Positions 29,167 to 39,083 of a DNA stretch of 55,844 nucleotides are shown piece after piece. The DNA lies in the IMG/VR virus record IMGVR_UViG_3300043119_000318; one strand, given 5' to 3'. The number at the start of each line of letters is the position of its first letter. Positions within the stretch are counted from its first letter, which is position 1. The position numbers were made by a program, and so were the translations under genes. The DNA comes from a virus. Taxonomy: Duplodnaviria > Heunggongvirae > Uroviricota > Caudoviricetes. The notes below the pieces were generated by a model, which saw only the letters and a list, made by a program, of their open reading frames with translations, was not told the DNA's origin and did no database searches.

Positions 29167-31001
29167 TATTTTCTAGTTGGTGTGAAGATGTATGTATTTC
29201 CGGCGCGAGCACTTCCAGAAGCTACTGGGTCAATTGTAGCTATAATCTTTAGATCATTTTGATTTATTCTAATCACTTGATCTCTGAGTGCAACTACATC
29301 ATATGAAGAAGGCTTCATATAAAACATAAAGTTATCTGATGCTAATGCTATAATATTAAGACCTGATATATTTATGATTCCATTAGAGTAGTCTAATGAT
29401 CCAATTTTTGGGTTTACGACGATCACGGCACCCTGAGAAAGATAGTAAAGCTGAATATTACCAACTCCATCATCCCTCAAATAGTAAATAATACTGCTTC
29501 CATCATTAATATAAAATCCAGTGCTGGTGAATGCATTTTCTTCGGCGCCAGTATAATAAATTGGATTTCCAATGTCTACATAATACTGAGCTTGAATATT
29601 AAATTTAACTGTCACTTCTCTCGATAAAGTTATATTCGTGACGTTATTTTGTATAGATTTTTCTGTAGAATCTATTAAACTTGTAACTCTAGAGTGTCTA
29701 AAAACACTATCAAACTGCATCAATTCAGTTTCATTGTAGTTTAATATGGTTTCTGCCACCATACCGCTAAGAACATTAGATGATTTAGTTGTTGCTTTAG
29801 AGTTATAGTATATAGTGCAATCAATTATAATATTCAAATAGATTGGGTCAACCAATTCTACCGATGTTGTGATTACAGATTTAGGTTTAATAATGTCATT
29901 CTTAATATAATCTTTTTCTGTATCACTCAAATAATCTGTAGTTTTAGGTTGGATGGATACGAATACCTTGCCATATTGTGGTGGTTTATTATTCTCTCCA
30001 CCCCAAACCTGAATAGATCTTACATTGGAGAATGATTTGAAGATGATATTTTTAAAGTCATTTTCTGTGACTGCTCTATTTTGAGTAGAAAAATGTCTTG
30101 GTGCATTAAACTTAATACTTTGTAAATCTTCTGCGTCTTGTCCACCACTCGCAATAGAATTAGTTGTGATAGTTATGCTGCCGCCAGAAAACAAAGAACC
30201 ATCTAATTTAAAATTCTTGCTTCCATTAGAAACAAATCCATTACTAGTTCTATATACGATTTTAACATAACTACCAACGTTAAGTGCTTTACCAATAATA
30301 CCATCACCAAATTCTAACTGATATTTGCTATTCTCTATTTCTCTAACAAAATACACAGCAGAATTAGAATCTAAATCTATTATATCCTCAGCTTTACTGT
30401 AAATAGTAAATTCTGCCGATGATATACTCGGAAAAACATAAACTTCTAAAGAAGAAAGATCAGCAGGAATATTATTCAAATAATACTGAGTTGTCGGCTG
30501 ATGTATATATTTTTCTGTAAAATAAGTTCCTTCGAAAATATCTAAATTCGCGAATGTATAGACTCCATTAAATAATGGCGTCATAATTGAATCTTTATTA
30601 GAAAAGTAAAAGCTATCACCATCAACAGTAGTTGCCGTGAATACACTTTTCTCTGGTAATGTTGCAATATTATTCGTGGTATTATAACCAGAAACCGTAA
30701 TAGTTACATTAGCCTTTGAACTAGCGGCAGATCTTGGAGTATAACCGAGAGTTTTGCAAATAGATAATACACTTTCTCTTTTGCTCGCGGAATCAATAAA
30801 CATTTCATTTAATGCCATATTTGTGTACATGGCATTATAGTGAGTATTGTATGCGAGTAAATCTAAGATAACAGAAAGTGCCGAACCTTCAAAATTATAA
30901 TCTTTGAAAGTATCTTGCCCCGCTAAAAAATTTCTTAGATTAGATCTAATTCCATCAAAGTTTAATTCATCTATTTTTATTTGTCTATTTTTATCTGACA
31001 T
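29166..31001 (-). CDS. gp6: Baseplate wedge subunit gp6, 611 aa
   Basis: ELNFDGIRSNLRNFL...FKDYNFEGSALSVILDLLAYNTHYNAMY and QNRAVTENDF...WGGE.N.PPQYGKVFVSI motifs. Confidence 0.95.
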   Translation of the reverse strand: MSDKNRQIKIDELNFDGIRSNLRNFLAGQDTFKDYNFEGSALSVILDLLAYNTHYNAMYTNMALNEMFIDSASKRESVLSICKTLGYTPRSAASSKANVTITVSGYNTTNNIATLPEKSVFTATTVDGDSFYFSNKDSIMTPLFNGVYTFANLDIFEGTYFTEKYIHQPTTQYYLNNIPADLSSLEVYVFPSISSAEFTIYSKAEDIIDLDSNSAVYFVREIENSKYQLEFGDGIIGKALNVGSYVKIVYRTSNGFVSNGSKNFKLDGSLFSGGSITITTNSIASGGQDAEDLQSIKFNAPRHFSTQNRAVTENDFKNIIFKSFSNVRSIQVWGGENNKPPQYGKVFVSIQPKTTDYLSDTEKDYIKNDIIKPKSVITTSVELVDPIYLNIIIDCTIYYNSKATTKSSNVLSGMVAETILNYNETELMQFDSVFRHSRVTSLIDSTEKSIQNNVTNITLSREVTVKFNIQAQYYVDIGNPIYYTGAEENAFTSTGFYINDGSSIIYYLRDDGVGNIQLYYLSQGAVIVVNPKIGSLDYSNGIINISGLNIIALASDNFMFYMKPSSYDVVALRDQVIRINQNDLKIIATIDPVASGSARAGNTYIFTPTRK

Positions 31002-31390
31002 TATCGTGTTCTCTTTAAGATTAGATCGAATTGTTGCAGGGTAGATGTGTTTAAAATTTTATAGTAAATACTTATTTCGACATTATTACTATCTTCATCT
31101 AAAATAATTCTAACATCTTCTAACTGAATTCTTGGTTCGTAATTCTCAACAAGCTGTTCGATGCTTTTAACTAACATAACCCTAAGCATTGGAGAGAATG
31201 GTTCAAATAACAAAGAATTTACCGGAGATCCAAGATTACCGTTAAATGGTCGCTCATAGTTTTTAGTTAATATTAGATTTCGTAGTGACTGTTTAATTGC
31301 AGCTACGTTAGTTTTGAGCGCAACGTCTTCTGTGACTGGATGCTGAGTAAAATTGAAATCTAAATCTGAGAATATTGCTTGTGATGCCAT
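31001..31390 (-). CDS. gp25: Baseplate wedge subunit gp25, 129 aa
   Basis: AIKQSLRNLILTKNYERPF...G..V..LLFEP and YEPRI motifs. Confidence 0.95.
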   Translation of the reverse strand: MASQAIFSDLDFNFTQHPVTEDVALKTNVAAIKQSLRNLILTKNYERPFNGNLGSPVNSLLFEPFSPMLRVMLVKSIEQLVENYEPRIQLEDVRIILDEDSNNVEISIYYKILNTSTLQQFDLILKRTR

Positions 31391-31705
31391 TTATGCCGCC
31401 AATACCTTTGAACTACCAGAAATTATAGTATTATCTCCATATCTATCACCAATTCTTCCAACGCCCTTGCCTCCAGCAAAAACTTTAGTAGAGTAAGTAG
31501 ACAAAGTGGAAACATCTGGAACACAACCACTTCTTGGGTGGGGAGCTACTAGATCTCCAGAAACTACTATGTACTCTCCTTGAGCACGAACTTTCATTTG
31601 TCCTGGGATATATGTGCTAGTATTCATGGGTACTCGACACTTATAACCTCTACCATCTGGAGATAAAACTTTGTCTGTTCCATTTGATCTTGCAATTGCT
31701 GGCAT
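31391..31705 (-). CDS. PAAR-like spike tip protein, 104 aa
   Basis: Start reassigned to ATG 31703-31705 (TAATG overlap). MPAIAR..G.D...H...C...GVGRIGD...GS.KV.A pattern, between gp5 and gp25. Confidence 0.8.
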   Translation of the reverse strand: MPAIARSNGTDKVLSPDGRGYKCRVPMNTSTYIPGQMKVRAQGEYIVVSGDLVAPHPRSGCVPDVSTLSTYSTKVFAGGKGVGRIGDRYGDNTIISGSSKVLAA

Positions 31706-32301
31706 TAGTTCGTTCCCTTTGATACTGCTAGTGTAAATGCTGCTATAGAAACAGTATAATTCCAATAAAAATACTGTTCTAAATTCACAGATTCTACGAT
31801 AGATGTTTCCGTAGGTCCAGGATATGTAACTGTTACCGAATATGTTTTAGAAGTTTCCATTGTATCTGGAGGACTGTAGCGCACAACAGATAGATACTCA
31901 CTATTATTTATTACCGGTAAAACAGCTACTTGCAAGTTTTTAAGTAAGAACTCATAATATTCATTTTCAAAAACGTTCGTTGCCGTTCCACTTAGAACTA
32001 AAGAATTTGCAGATGTTTTCACGATAGAAAGTCCATACGCCGAAACATCTGTCGAACAAGAAACATTAGTTGCATTCACATAAGTAGGAGTTTCAGTTCC
32101 TGGTGGATCCAACGGGTTTGGACCCTCAAACGAAATTTTTACAGAATAGGTGTTTCCCTGATACACGGATGGTATTAGCGTTTGTGGCGGACCACCTGTA
32201 CCACCAGATTCTGCTGCGGTGATAGAGAAGCTAGTGTAGTAATCTCCAGGGATATCCACAGGAAACCCTGTCATATCAGAGTATGTTATACGCAGGGTCA
32301 T
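31705..32301 (-). CDS. Hypothetical virion protein, 198 aa
   Basis: Overlaps both neighbours in the operon; beta-rich; no family recognised. Confidence 0.6.
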   Translation of the reverse strand: MTLRITYSDMTGFPVDIPGDYYTSFSITAAESGGTGGPPQTLIPSVYQGNTYSVKISFEGPNPLDPPGTETPTYVNATNVSCSTDVSAYGLSIVKTSANSLVLSGTATNVFENEYYEFLLKNLQVAVLPVINNSEYLSVVRYSPPDTMETSKTYSVTVTYPGPTETSIVESVNLEQYFYWNYTVSIAAFTLAVSKGTN

Positions 32302-35291
32302 TTAGGTCCAAACAAAAAGAAACCGCGAGTTCCTGGTTTGACGTTACCGTTGGCGTCCACAGTCTTATCGTTGAGCATAGTGAATCCTTGTTTCAAGTTT
32401 CCACCAGATTTGTGGGATACGTGAATCCAGTTTTGCCAGGCACCCTTGCTGGCAGAAGGATCTCTGTACTCTAAAATCAATTGATGATAAGGTAAGATCT
32501 TTTCAATCTTAGAAGCAAACTCCAATGTTTCTAGATAACGACCACCTGGCCAAAGTTGGAAGTCCATAGCTCTGCCTTTATTGTGGTCAGAAGTATCTCT
32601 AGATCCGGCGACAGCACCAGCATTTCTCAAGCCAGAAGTGATCATCCATCTACCGTTTTTATCGCTAACTTTGTACTTACCTGCAGGTGGTCCAAGAAGA
32701 TCCCACAGTGGTTCACCAATATTTGCAGCAAGATCTGCCAAGTTAGCAACCAAGTCTGCTTTAGTGAATAGTTTAAGACCAGAGAAAGTATCACCCTGTC
32801 CTGGAGGCAACTGAGTGTCTTGTAACGTAGTTTCAAAACTCATCAAGTGTCCAATAGTGAAGTTCTTTGAAATCTTATAATCACGCGTGAATGCTTTAGG
32901 ATCTGCGTTTTTATATGTTTCTTTATCGACAGGATTTCCTTGAACAGTATTTCCAGCTGCCGGTGCAGCGAATTCTGGAGTCGCTGAATTTGCAGCAGAG
33001 TTGGCTGGGTTTGCTGCTTGAGGATTGCTGTTGATTGTTGTAGATTGGGTTTGACCTGCTGGACTATCCCAATCTTCTGGAGTTTCGAATTTTGTTGATG
33101 GCAGACCAGTTCTTTCTGGTGGCTCTAAGTTATCTATTGGTGCACTACCAACATCTGCAATTTCTGGAGGAGTTAACTCTAGCTTTTTAATAGCGGGTGG
33201 CGATGCAACAGTACCAACAGATGCTCCATTTCCAAGATCAACCAATGCACCATCGATATTAACAACACCACCTGCGTTGATGTCAAAAGCTCCACCAGAA
33301 CTAATTCCGCTAGTGCCGCCAGCAGTTTGAGTCATATTACCACCAGCAGCAATCCCAACATTACCTGCAATTTTACTAGTTAGATTACCAGCAGCAACCA
33401 TATTGATGTTTGTTTCTCCTTGCAGACTCATAATACCCTTAGAACTATGAGAAGTAGTTCCAACAACATCAACCGCTAGATTACCGTTTACCTTTATGTT
33501 GAAATCCTTTCCAACAACTAAGTCGACATTATTTGCAGCACCAATAGAAACATCATTCTGGAAGATAGCATTTGTTTTACCTTCGACCTGAATTTCAGCA
33601 TCGCCGCGCACGAGAATCTTAGCACCAGTTCCAGCAGTTATATTCACATTTCCCGCGAAATAAATATTACCATTTCGGTCGCAAATGTGATAGTCATCTC
33701 CTATAATATGAGTGACTCTTGTTCCATTCTGGTCTATTTCAAAGAAAGTTCCTTTACGATGATATAAGTGAATACGCTCAGCGGCAGGCGTATCATCGAA
33801 TTCTAAAATATGACCAGACTCAGTTTCCATAACCTTGTTATACGGGTATACGGATGAGTATGCTGACTGTGGTTGTGACCACGCGCCACCATTTGCTAGA
33901 GGAACATCCTTGGCTAATGTTTGGTCTTTAAATTCAAAGCAGGTTCCTTCTATGATGCCACGCGCAAGTCTATTAGTATCTGGTTCATTCGCATACTCTC
34001 TCAGAGGATATTTTCCATCCGGATCGACGAACCCCTTAACTGAATTGCCAGATCTATCTTCACGCAGAGCTTCACGTTTCTCTGCTGGTGCAGCAGCGAT
34101 TTGAGCTTCTGTTGGTTTAGCATCTCCGGCAGATGCTTCTTTATTTGTGGTGTCTGCGCTGGGCAACCCATTCATGAAATAATCGTAGTATGTTTTCTTT
34201 TTGGTTGCTATGTCTGGAGAGTTAAATCCAACAGAGCTTTTAGCTGCCCCAAAGAAAGCATCTTCATACATTAACTTTTGCCAATTATTAACTCTTCTAG
34301 TTAAATATGTTGCGGCAACTAATGCACTTCCTGCTAAATCTGTATCCAGTAAATCTGGATTCCCCACGATGTCAAGACCTGTTAATTTTTTATACTGCTC
34401 ATAGTTAGATCTACCAGTCAGCTGAATGAATCCGCGCCCATAATATTTGCCACCATCTTCATCCGTCAGATTACCCAAGAAATTCTTGCCACGGAATGTT
34501 GGACCATAAAAGAATGAGAAGAATTCAGTTCTGCTCATACCCTTCTTTTGAGCGTAGCTATACTTAGCCACATCAGCATCAGTTACACTTTTAAATATCT
34601 GACGCATTCTTTCTGGAGAATAATTATATGCTTCATTCTGTGGAATCCAAGTAGACTCTCCACCAGCAATTCCCAACAACGCTGCTTTAGCATATCGAGT
34701 GGTTAATCCAACTTTATCACAAGCAGCGATTAGTGCTTTGATTCCAGTCTCTGCTTTAGCCTCGCTACCTTTAGGTACAGAATTTGCTGGAGGTTTTGTT
34801 GGAATAGAATCATTAGATGTTAAGTTTTGCGCAGTTGGAGTGTTGGAAGCTGGTTGACCTTCTGGTGCAGGAGGAGTTGGATTCGGTGTAGTTAATACTG
34901 GTTGACCAGAACCATCAGTTACCACATTACCTGAAGAATCTTTTAGAGCGTTGCTTGGAACTTCATCGACAGCAATGTCTCCACTATCTCCTGTGATAGA
35001 TGCATTTTTAGTTAAGTAAATACCACCAAGAGATCCAAGAATAATAGGTTGTTGTTGATCGTGGTCATCGCTGAACATAACAACAACCCAAGTACCTGGC
35101 ACAACACCAGTAGGTGATTGTCCAATACCATTCATGGCAGCAGAAGTTATTGGCTGTAACGGATGTGCCCATGGTAAATCTTCAGTTGGAAGAATCGTCT
35201 TATCATCAGTATGTAATCCAACTACTCTAACTTGGCATCTTCCAAGTTTAAGAGGATCATTTCTATTTTCAACAACACCAGTATATAACAT
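32298..35291 (-). CDS. gp5: Baseplate central spike gp5 with GH19-type muramidase and C-terminal peptidase M15-like domain, 997 aa
   Basis: OB-fold N-terminus GVVENRNDPLKLGRCQVRVVGLH...LPWA; GH19 motif YYGRGFIQLTGRSNY; YPYNKVMETESGHILEFDDTP..ERI beta-helix entry; C-terminal SDHNKGRAMD...WIHVS. Confidence 0.9.
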   Translation of the reverse strand: MLYTGVVENRNDPLKLGRCQVRVVGLHTDDKTILPTEDLPWAHPLQPITSAAMNGIGQSPTGVVPGTWVVVMFSDDHDQQQPIILGSLGGIYLTKNASITGDSGDIAVDEVPSNALKDSSGNVVTDGSGQPVLTTPNPTPPAPEGQPASNTPTAQNLTSNDSIPTKPPANSVPKGSEAKAETGIKALIAACDKVGLTTRYAKAALLGIAGGESTWIPQNEAYNYSPERMRQIFKSVTDADVAKYSYAQKKGMSRTEFFSFFYGPTFRGKNFLGNLTDEDGGKYYGRGFIQLTGRSNYEQYKKLTGLDIVGNPDLLDTDLAGSALVAATYLTRRVNNWQKLMYEDAFFGAAKSSVGFNSPDIATKKKTYYDYFMNGLPSADTTNKEASAGDAKPTEAQIAAAPAEKREALREDRSGNSVKGFVDPDGKYPLREYANEPDTNRLARGIIEGTCFEFKDQTLAKDVPLANGGAWSQPQSAYSSVYPYNKVMETESGHILEFDDTPAAERIHLYHRKGTFFEIDQNGTRVTHIIGDDYHICDRNGNIYFAGNVNITAGTGAKILVRGDAEIQVEGKTNAIFQNDVSIGAANNVDLVVGKDFNIKVNGNLAVDVVGTTSHSSKGIMSLQGETNINMVAAGNLTSKIAGNVGIAAGGNMTQTAGGTSGISSGGAFDINAGGVVNIDGALVDLGNGASVGTVASPPAIKKLELTPPEIADVGSAPIDNLEPPERTGLPSTKFETPEDWDSPAGQTQSTTINSNPQAANPANSAANSATPEFAAPAAGNTVQGNPVDKETYKNADPKAFTRDYKISKNFTIGHLMSFETTLQDTQLPPGQGDTFSGLKLFTKADLVANLADLAANIGEPLWDLLGPPAGKYKVSDKNGRWMITSGLRNAGAVAGSRDTSDHNKGRAMDFQLWPGGRYLETLEFASKIEKILPYHQLILEYRDPSASKGAWQNWIHVSHKSGGNLKQGFTMLNDKTVDANGNVKPGTRGFFLFGPK

Positions 35292-36581
35292 TTATTTACC
35301 CTTAAACAGATCAGAAATATAAGAATCTTTTATAAGTTCTATATTACACTCATGGCTCTTCATAGTTAATGAGTGATTTATTGCAGCAATGATATATTTA
35401 CCAGAGAAAATTTTGTCTAATAAATCTTTATTTGTTTCGGCTTTACTTATTGGTTCTACTTGGAAAGTCTTGACGCGAATAACTTGACCAACAGTATAAT
35501 CGAATCTTCCTGGAACTGTGATATTGATTTTAAAGTCTCTAGCCTGAGACAATTCAGAAATTCTTCTCTGAATATAACTAACATTGGATATATCACCGAA
35601 GCCTGTAAATTGCATAGTGCTTTTAGGTACTATTATTTTCTTAGAAGTATAGTATGATGGTAAATTTTTAGATACTGTTTGATATGGATTTAAATGTCTT
35701 TTCTGTTTAAAGTTCGTGTAAATTTCAAAGTTCTTAACATGTATTTGTTTACTAGTTAAATCATGAGAGTATAATCTCGACGCAATCATACCATTTTGCA
35801 TACGCTCAATAGTATTAAAACCATCAGTTACATGAAAGTCTGTTATTCTTTGATAATCTAGATTCACATTTCTTGCAGAAGTACCTGTTGGATTAACGAT
35901 TTGTGTAAAATCTGAATAGTTAAATTCTTGCTTAACTTTGTTTTCTTCAGACATTAATAAATCGATAGATCCAAAATTAAAACCATCTCTATTTTCAAAG
36001 AAAATATAAGAAGGAGATCCTCGTGTGTTAACTGCATGGTCAGTTAAATAATTTACATTTTTTAAAGGAGACCAATAATTTGAAACATACTTAATACTGT
36101 TCTTAGTTTCTTCGATGTTAACTTTCTTTGCAGCATTGAAGCCAACAGATTTATCGTGTAACAATTCTTTAACGATATCGGAAACTTTACCTTGATATGC
36201 TCTGCTCAATTTAACATTAACGTCACTTAAAAATTCTCTAGAAATAAAAGACAATTCATATAATACACTTCTATTAGCATCAAATTCGCGATTTTTTAAT
36301 TTATGTATATAAAATTGACCGCTTATCTTTCCACCAAGTTTTTCTAGTGTTGGAGTATAGATCGTTAGGTCTAAAGATTCCTGACCAACAAAAGGTAGCG
36401 CGTTCATAAAATCAAGAGAATCTTTAAAAATTAAAGTTCCTGATATGAAGGGTGAATACATATCTTCATATATTTGTATACCCAAGATTTGATTTTTTAC
36501 ATCAAATTGCACGCCTGTAGATGATACTATAGAACACTTCTCTAACGCAAAATCTCCGGCAAAACTTAAAATATCTGTCAT
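35292..36581 (-). CDS. Baseplate hub protein (gp27-like position), 429 aa
   Basis: IYEDMYSPFISGTL...FVGQE, YIFFENRDGFNFGSI and IFSGKYIIAAINH motifs; lies between gp53 and gp5. Confidence 0.7.
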   Translation of the reverse strand: MTDILSFAGDFALEKCSIVSSTGVQFDVKNQILGIQIYEDMYSPFISGTLIFKDSLDFMNALPFVGQESLDLTIYTPTLEKLGGKISGQFYIHKLKNREFDANRSVLYELSFISREFLSDVNVKLSRAYQGKVSDIVKELLHDKSVGFNAAKKVNIEETKNSIKYVSNYWSPLKNVNYLTDHAVNTRGSPSYIFFENRDGFNFGSIDLLMSEENKVKQEFNYSDFTQIVNPTGTSARNVNLDYQRITDFHVTDGFNTIERMQNGMIASRLYSHDLTSKQIHVKNFEIYTNFKQKRHLNPYQTVSKNLPSYYTSKKIIVPKSTMQFTGFGDISNVSYIQRRISELSQARDFKINITVPGRFDYTVGQVIRVKTFQVEPISKAETNKDLLDKIFSGKYIIAAINHSLTMKSHECNIELIKDSYISDLFKGK

Positions 36582-36582
36582 A

Positions 36583-37395
36583 TTATTTGGTCATCACATT
36601 AGAAAATTCTGTCATTATTTGATCCAGATATGCTTTAGGTATCACTCTTAAATTTCTCTTGGCTTCATTAATTGAAAATTCGTATTCATTATTTGTGACT
36701 GGCAGCACATTATATGGATAATCAATTTCAGATAAGGTGAAACTTGCAACTATCTCTTCCACTAAGTCACCAGAAGAATTCTGAACATATTGCACAATAT
36801 TGATTACATCACTAGCAGAAAATGAACCTGCCATTAATAAAACATTAACTCTTTTAGATGCACTGTCAATACTTTCAATGATTCCAGTATAACTATCTGA
36901 TACTCCATTTATTACTATTTGTGTTTTAAGAAACATGCCAGCAGTCATTCTGTCATAAATATAAACAATTTGTTCTTCATCATCTACAATTTCGGTAAAT
37001 GTGAAATTCGGGATTGACATAATCTGATAACCAGGAACTGTTTTACCATTCAAATTAACAAAGTGATGAACGTCAAAATCTCTATCTCCATACTTAGATT
37101 TAATCATGGCACTAAGTTTGTTTCCATCTAACGGAAAGTCGTTTATATAATCATATCGATCATTAACTAACATTATAACCCAATGATACAATGGAGAGCC
37201 ATATAATTTTTCAGATATAATCTCTGGAGTTTCTCCGTCTATTACAGTGTATGCATTATATAACAATAGTGAATTTAAAAATTCTTTTCTAAATCTTATA
37301 TTTTGTGTTATATCTTTAACTACAACTAACTCTCTAGAATTATTTAAACCAGTTTTGAAGTCGTATGCTAACTTGTTGAAATCGTCGAAGTACAT
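36583..37395 (-). CDS. gp53: Baseplate wedge gp53 (LysM-like) with insertion, 270 aa
   Basis: YTVIDGETPEIISEKLYGSPLYHWVIMLVN and N.EYE..INE.KR motifs. Confidence 0.9.
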   Translation of the reverse strand: MYFDDFNKLAYDFKTGLNNSRELVVVKDITQNIRFRKEFLNSLLLYNAYTVIDGETPEIISEKLYGSPLYHWVIMLVNDRYDYINDFPLDGNKLSAMIKSKYGDRDFDVHHFVNLNGKTVPGYQIMSIPNFTFTEIVDDEEQIVYIYDRMTAGMFLKTQIVINGVSDSYTGIIESIDSASKRVNVLLMAGSFSASDVINIVQYVQNSSGDLVEEIVASFTLSEIDYPYNVLPVTNNEYEFSINEAKRNLRVIPKAYLDQIMTEFSNVMTK

Positions 37396-38594
37396 TAGAA
37401 TCCTTTCTTGATCTCTTCTTTGGTAAGAATAGCAAGTTCTTTAAATGTCATTTGAACATTAATTTGCGGCGGCGCGCCATTACCGAATGCGTTGAAATTT
37501 CCGTTTGGAGTATAGTTAACCGACATATTCGTCAACACACAAGATGTATGTTTAAATAGTGCTTCGTTTTCTTCATTCAAATGATAGTAATGAATATCGA
37601 ATTCTGACGGAAATAAGAAAATAAAACTAGCAGCATCTTTATATTCTGGATGCATATGTAACTTAAACATTTTAATTATGTTTTGTACATTTCTATACTC
37701 TGTGGAGTCTCTTGGTGCGAATTGATATTCAAAAGTGAACGTTCTAAAATCAACACCTTTGAATAATTGTTCTTTCTTTGGGTTCGCAGCTAACCCGGAA
37801 ATGGCAGACAATCCAGATGGTCCACCTGCAAGTGCCGCTGCTGTGATCGCGCTTCCAGCTGTCTTTAAAGCCTGCCCAGCCTTATCTGCATTCCAATCTT
37901 TCGCTGCGCCAATTGCTTGCTGACTCATTTTAGCCGCTGCTTGGAATAATCCAGTATCTTCAGCATCCCACTGCATACCATATGTTGCAGTTAATTGATT
38001 TGGTGTATGTAGAGCGATAGCAGTCTGTAACCGTTTTTGCTGTCTAGTTATTTTACCATCACTAGTGGCAGCGACTGCCACTCCAGATCCAAATCCTAGT
38101 GCTGCTCCTGGCGCAGCACCGCCACCGCCACCCAAAGAACCAAATATGGTACCACCCAAAAGTCCAGTTAGCGTTGCAGCTGCAACGACATCAACTTGAC
38201 TATATCCTTGTTTAGCGATGGAAGCTCTAAATCTTTCGCTATCATTAATTTCTACAGTTTGCAGATTATCTTCAGTTATCAACTTAGAATCAATAGGAAC
38301 GTTAATATAAAATACAACATAGTTACCACCATATTTTCTAGTAGAGTCAAACAAATCATTTGGATATGATAAAGATCCTACTGAATATTTTCCCAGGTTT
38401 TGTCCAAATCCATTATCATCTCCAACAACACTGTTAAAATTATCATTGTATGTATTCTGAGAATTTATGCTGTTATATGGATTTCCCTGTCTAGAATTAA
38501 ATGCCCTATTAGACAGATCTGAATCTAGAGGATTTCCAGAAATCGTAGTAGAAATAAACTCTCCTACATAATTTCCTAAGTCGTCATATGGCAT
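37395..38594 (-). CDS. gp48: Baseplate tail-tube cap gp48, 399 aa
   Basis: NPKKEQLFKGVDFRTFTFEYQFAPRD..E...V..II..FK.HMHP and FLFPSEFDI motifs. Confidence 0.9.
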   Translation of the reverse strand: MPYDDLGNYVGEFISTTISGNPLDSDLSNRAFNSRQGNPYNSINSQNTYNDNFNSVVGDDNGFGQNLGKYSVGSLSYPNDLFDSTRKYGGNYVVFYINVPIDSKLITEDNLQTVEINDSERFRASIAKQGYSQVDVVAAATLTGLLGGTIFGSLGGGGGAAPGAALGFGSGVAVAATSDGKITRQQKRLQTAIALHTPNQLTATYGMQWDAEDTGLFQAAAKMSQQAIGAAKDWNADKAGQALKTAGSAITAAALAGGPSGLSAISGLAANPKKEQLFKGVDFRTFTFEYQFAPRDSTEYRNVQNIIKMFKLHMHPEYKDAASFIFLFPSEFDIHYYHLNEENEALFKHTSCVLTNMSVNYTPNGNFNAFGNGAPPQINVQMTFKELAILTKEEIKKGF

Positions 38595-38603
38595 TTGTGT
38601 TAT

Positions 38604-38611
38604 CCTAAATA
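38604..38611 (+). promoter_or_regulatory. Possible variant late promoter (CCTAAATA) for the rightward gp4 block
   Basis: 6/8 match. The same CTAAATA variant occurs on the minus strand in intergenic positions near 1746-1752 and 2821-2827. Confidence 0.45.
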
Positions 38612-38637
38612 GTTATTGGTAAAATTTAACTCTCTAT

Positions 38638-38645
38638 TATTTATA
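38638..38645 (-). promoter_or_regulatory. T4-type late promoter TATAAATA driving the leftward baseplate operon
   Basis: Exact consensus on the minus strand about 45 nt upstream of the gp48 ATG, in the divergent intergenic region. Confidence 0.8.
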
Positions 38646-39082
38646 TGTTTCATAAAAGAAAATATGCTCCAGTCAATCCGGAAAAATATTCCGGAGACCA
38701 GACAAATATAATAATGAGATCTTCTTGGGAAACGAGGTTCGCTTCTTGGTGCGACCACAACCCGAGCGTGATTAAGTGGAAATCTGAAGAAACCATAGTT
38801 CCTTATAGATGTCCCTTGGATAACAAAATACACCGATATTTCGTGGACTTTCAGATACAAGTAAAACAAAAAGACGGAAAATTAAAAACGTATATCGTAG
38901 AGATTAAGCCTGACTATCAAACTAAACCTCCAGTGCATCCTGGAAAAACAACTAAGCGTTATTTAAATGAAGCTGCTACCTTTATGAAAAATCAAGCTAA
39001 ATGGGAAGCTGCTAAAAACTGGTCTAAGGACAGAGGTTATGAGTTTATTATATTCACAGAATATCATCTTGGTATAAAATAA
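38645..39082 (+). CDS. gp4: Head completion protein gp4, 145 aa
   Basis: NPEKYSGD..NIIMRSSWE..F..WCD.NP.V.KW.SEE..VPY...D..IHRYFVDF motif. Confidence 0.95.
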   Translation: MFHKRKYAPVNPEKYSGDQTNIIMRSSWETRFASWCDHNPSVIKWKSEETIVPYRCPLDNKIHRYFVDFQIQVKQKDGKLKTYIVEIKPDYQTKPPVHPGKTTKRYLNEAATFMKNQAKWEAAKNWSKDRGYEFIIFTEYHLGIK

Positions 39083-39083
39083 A

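Noticed and set aside
62-38594. Numerous plus-strand ORFs of 61-224 aa in the ORF track
   Set aside because: They lie antisense to long, motif-supported minus-strand structural genes and lack RBS or family motifs; they are shadow ORFs.
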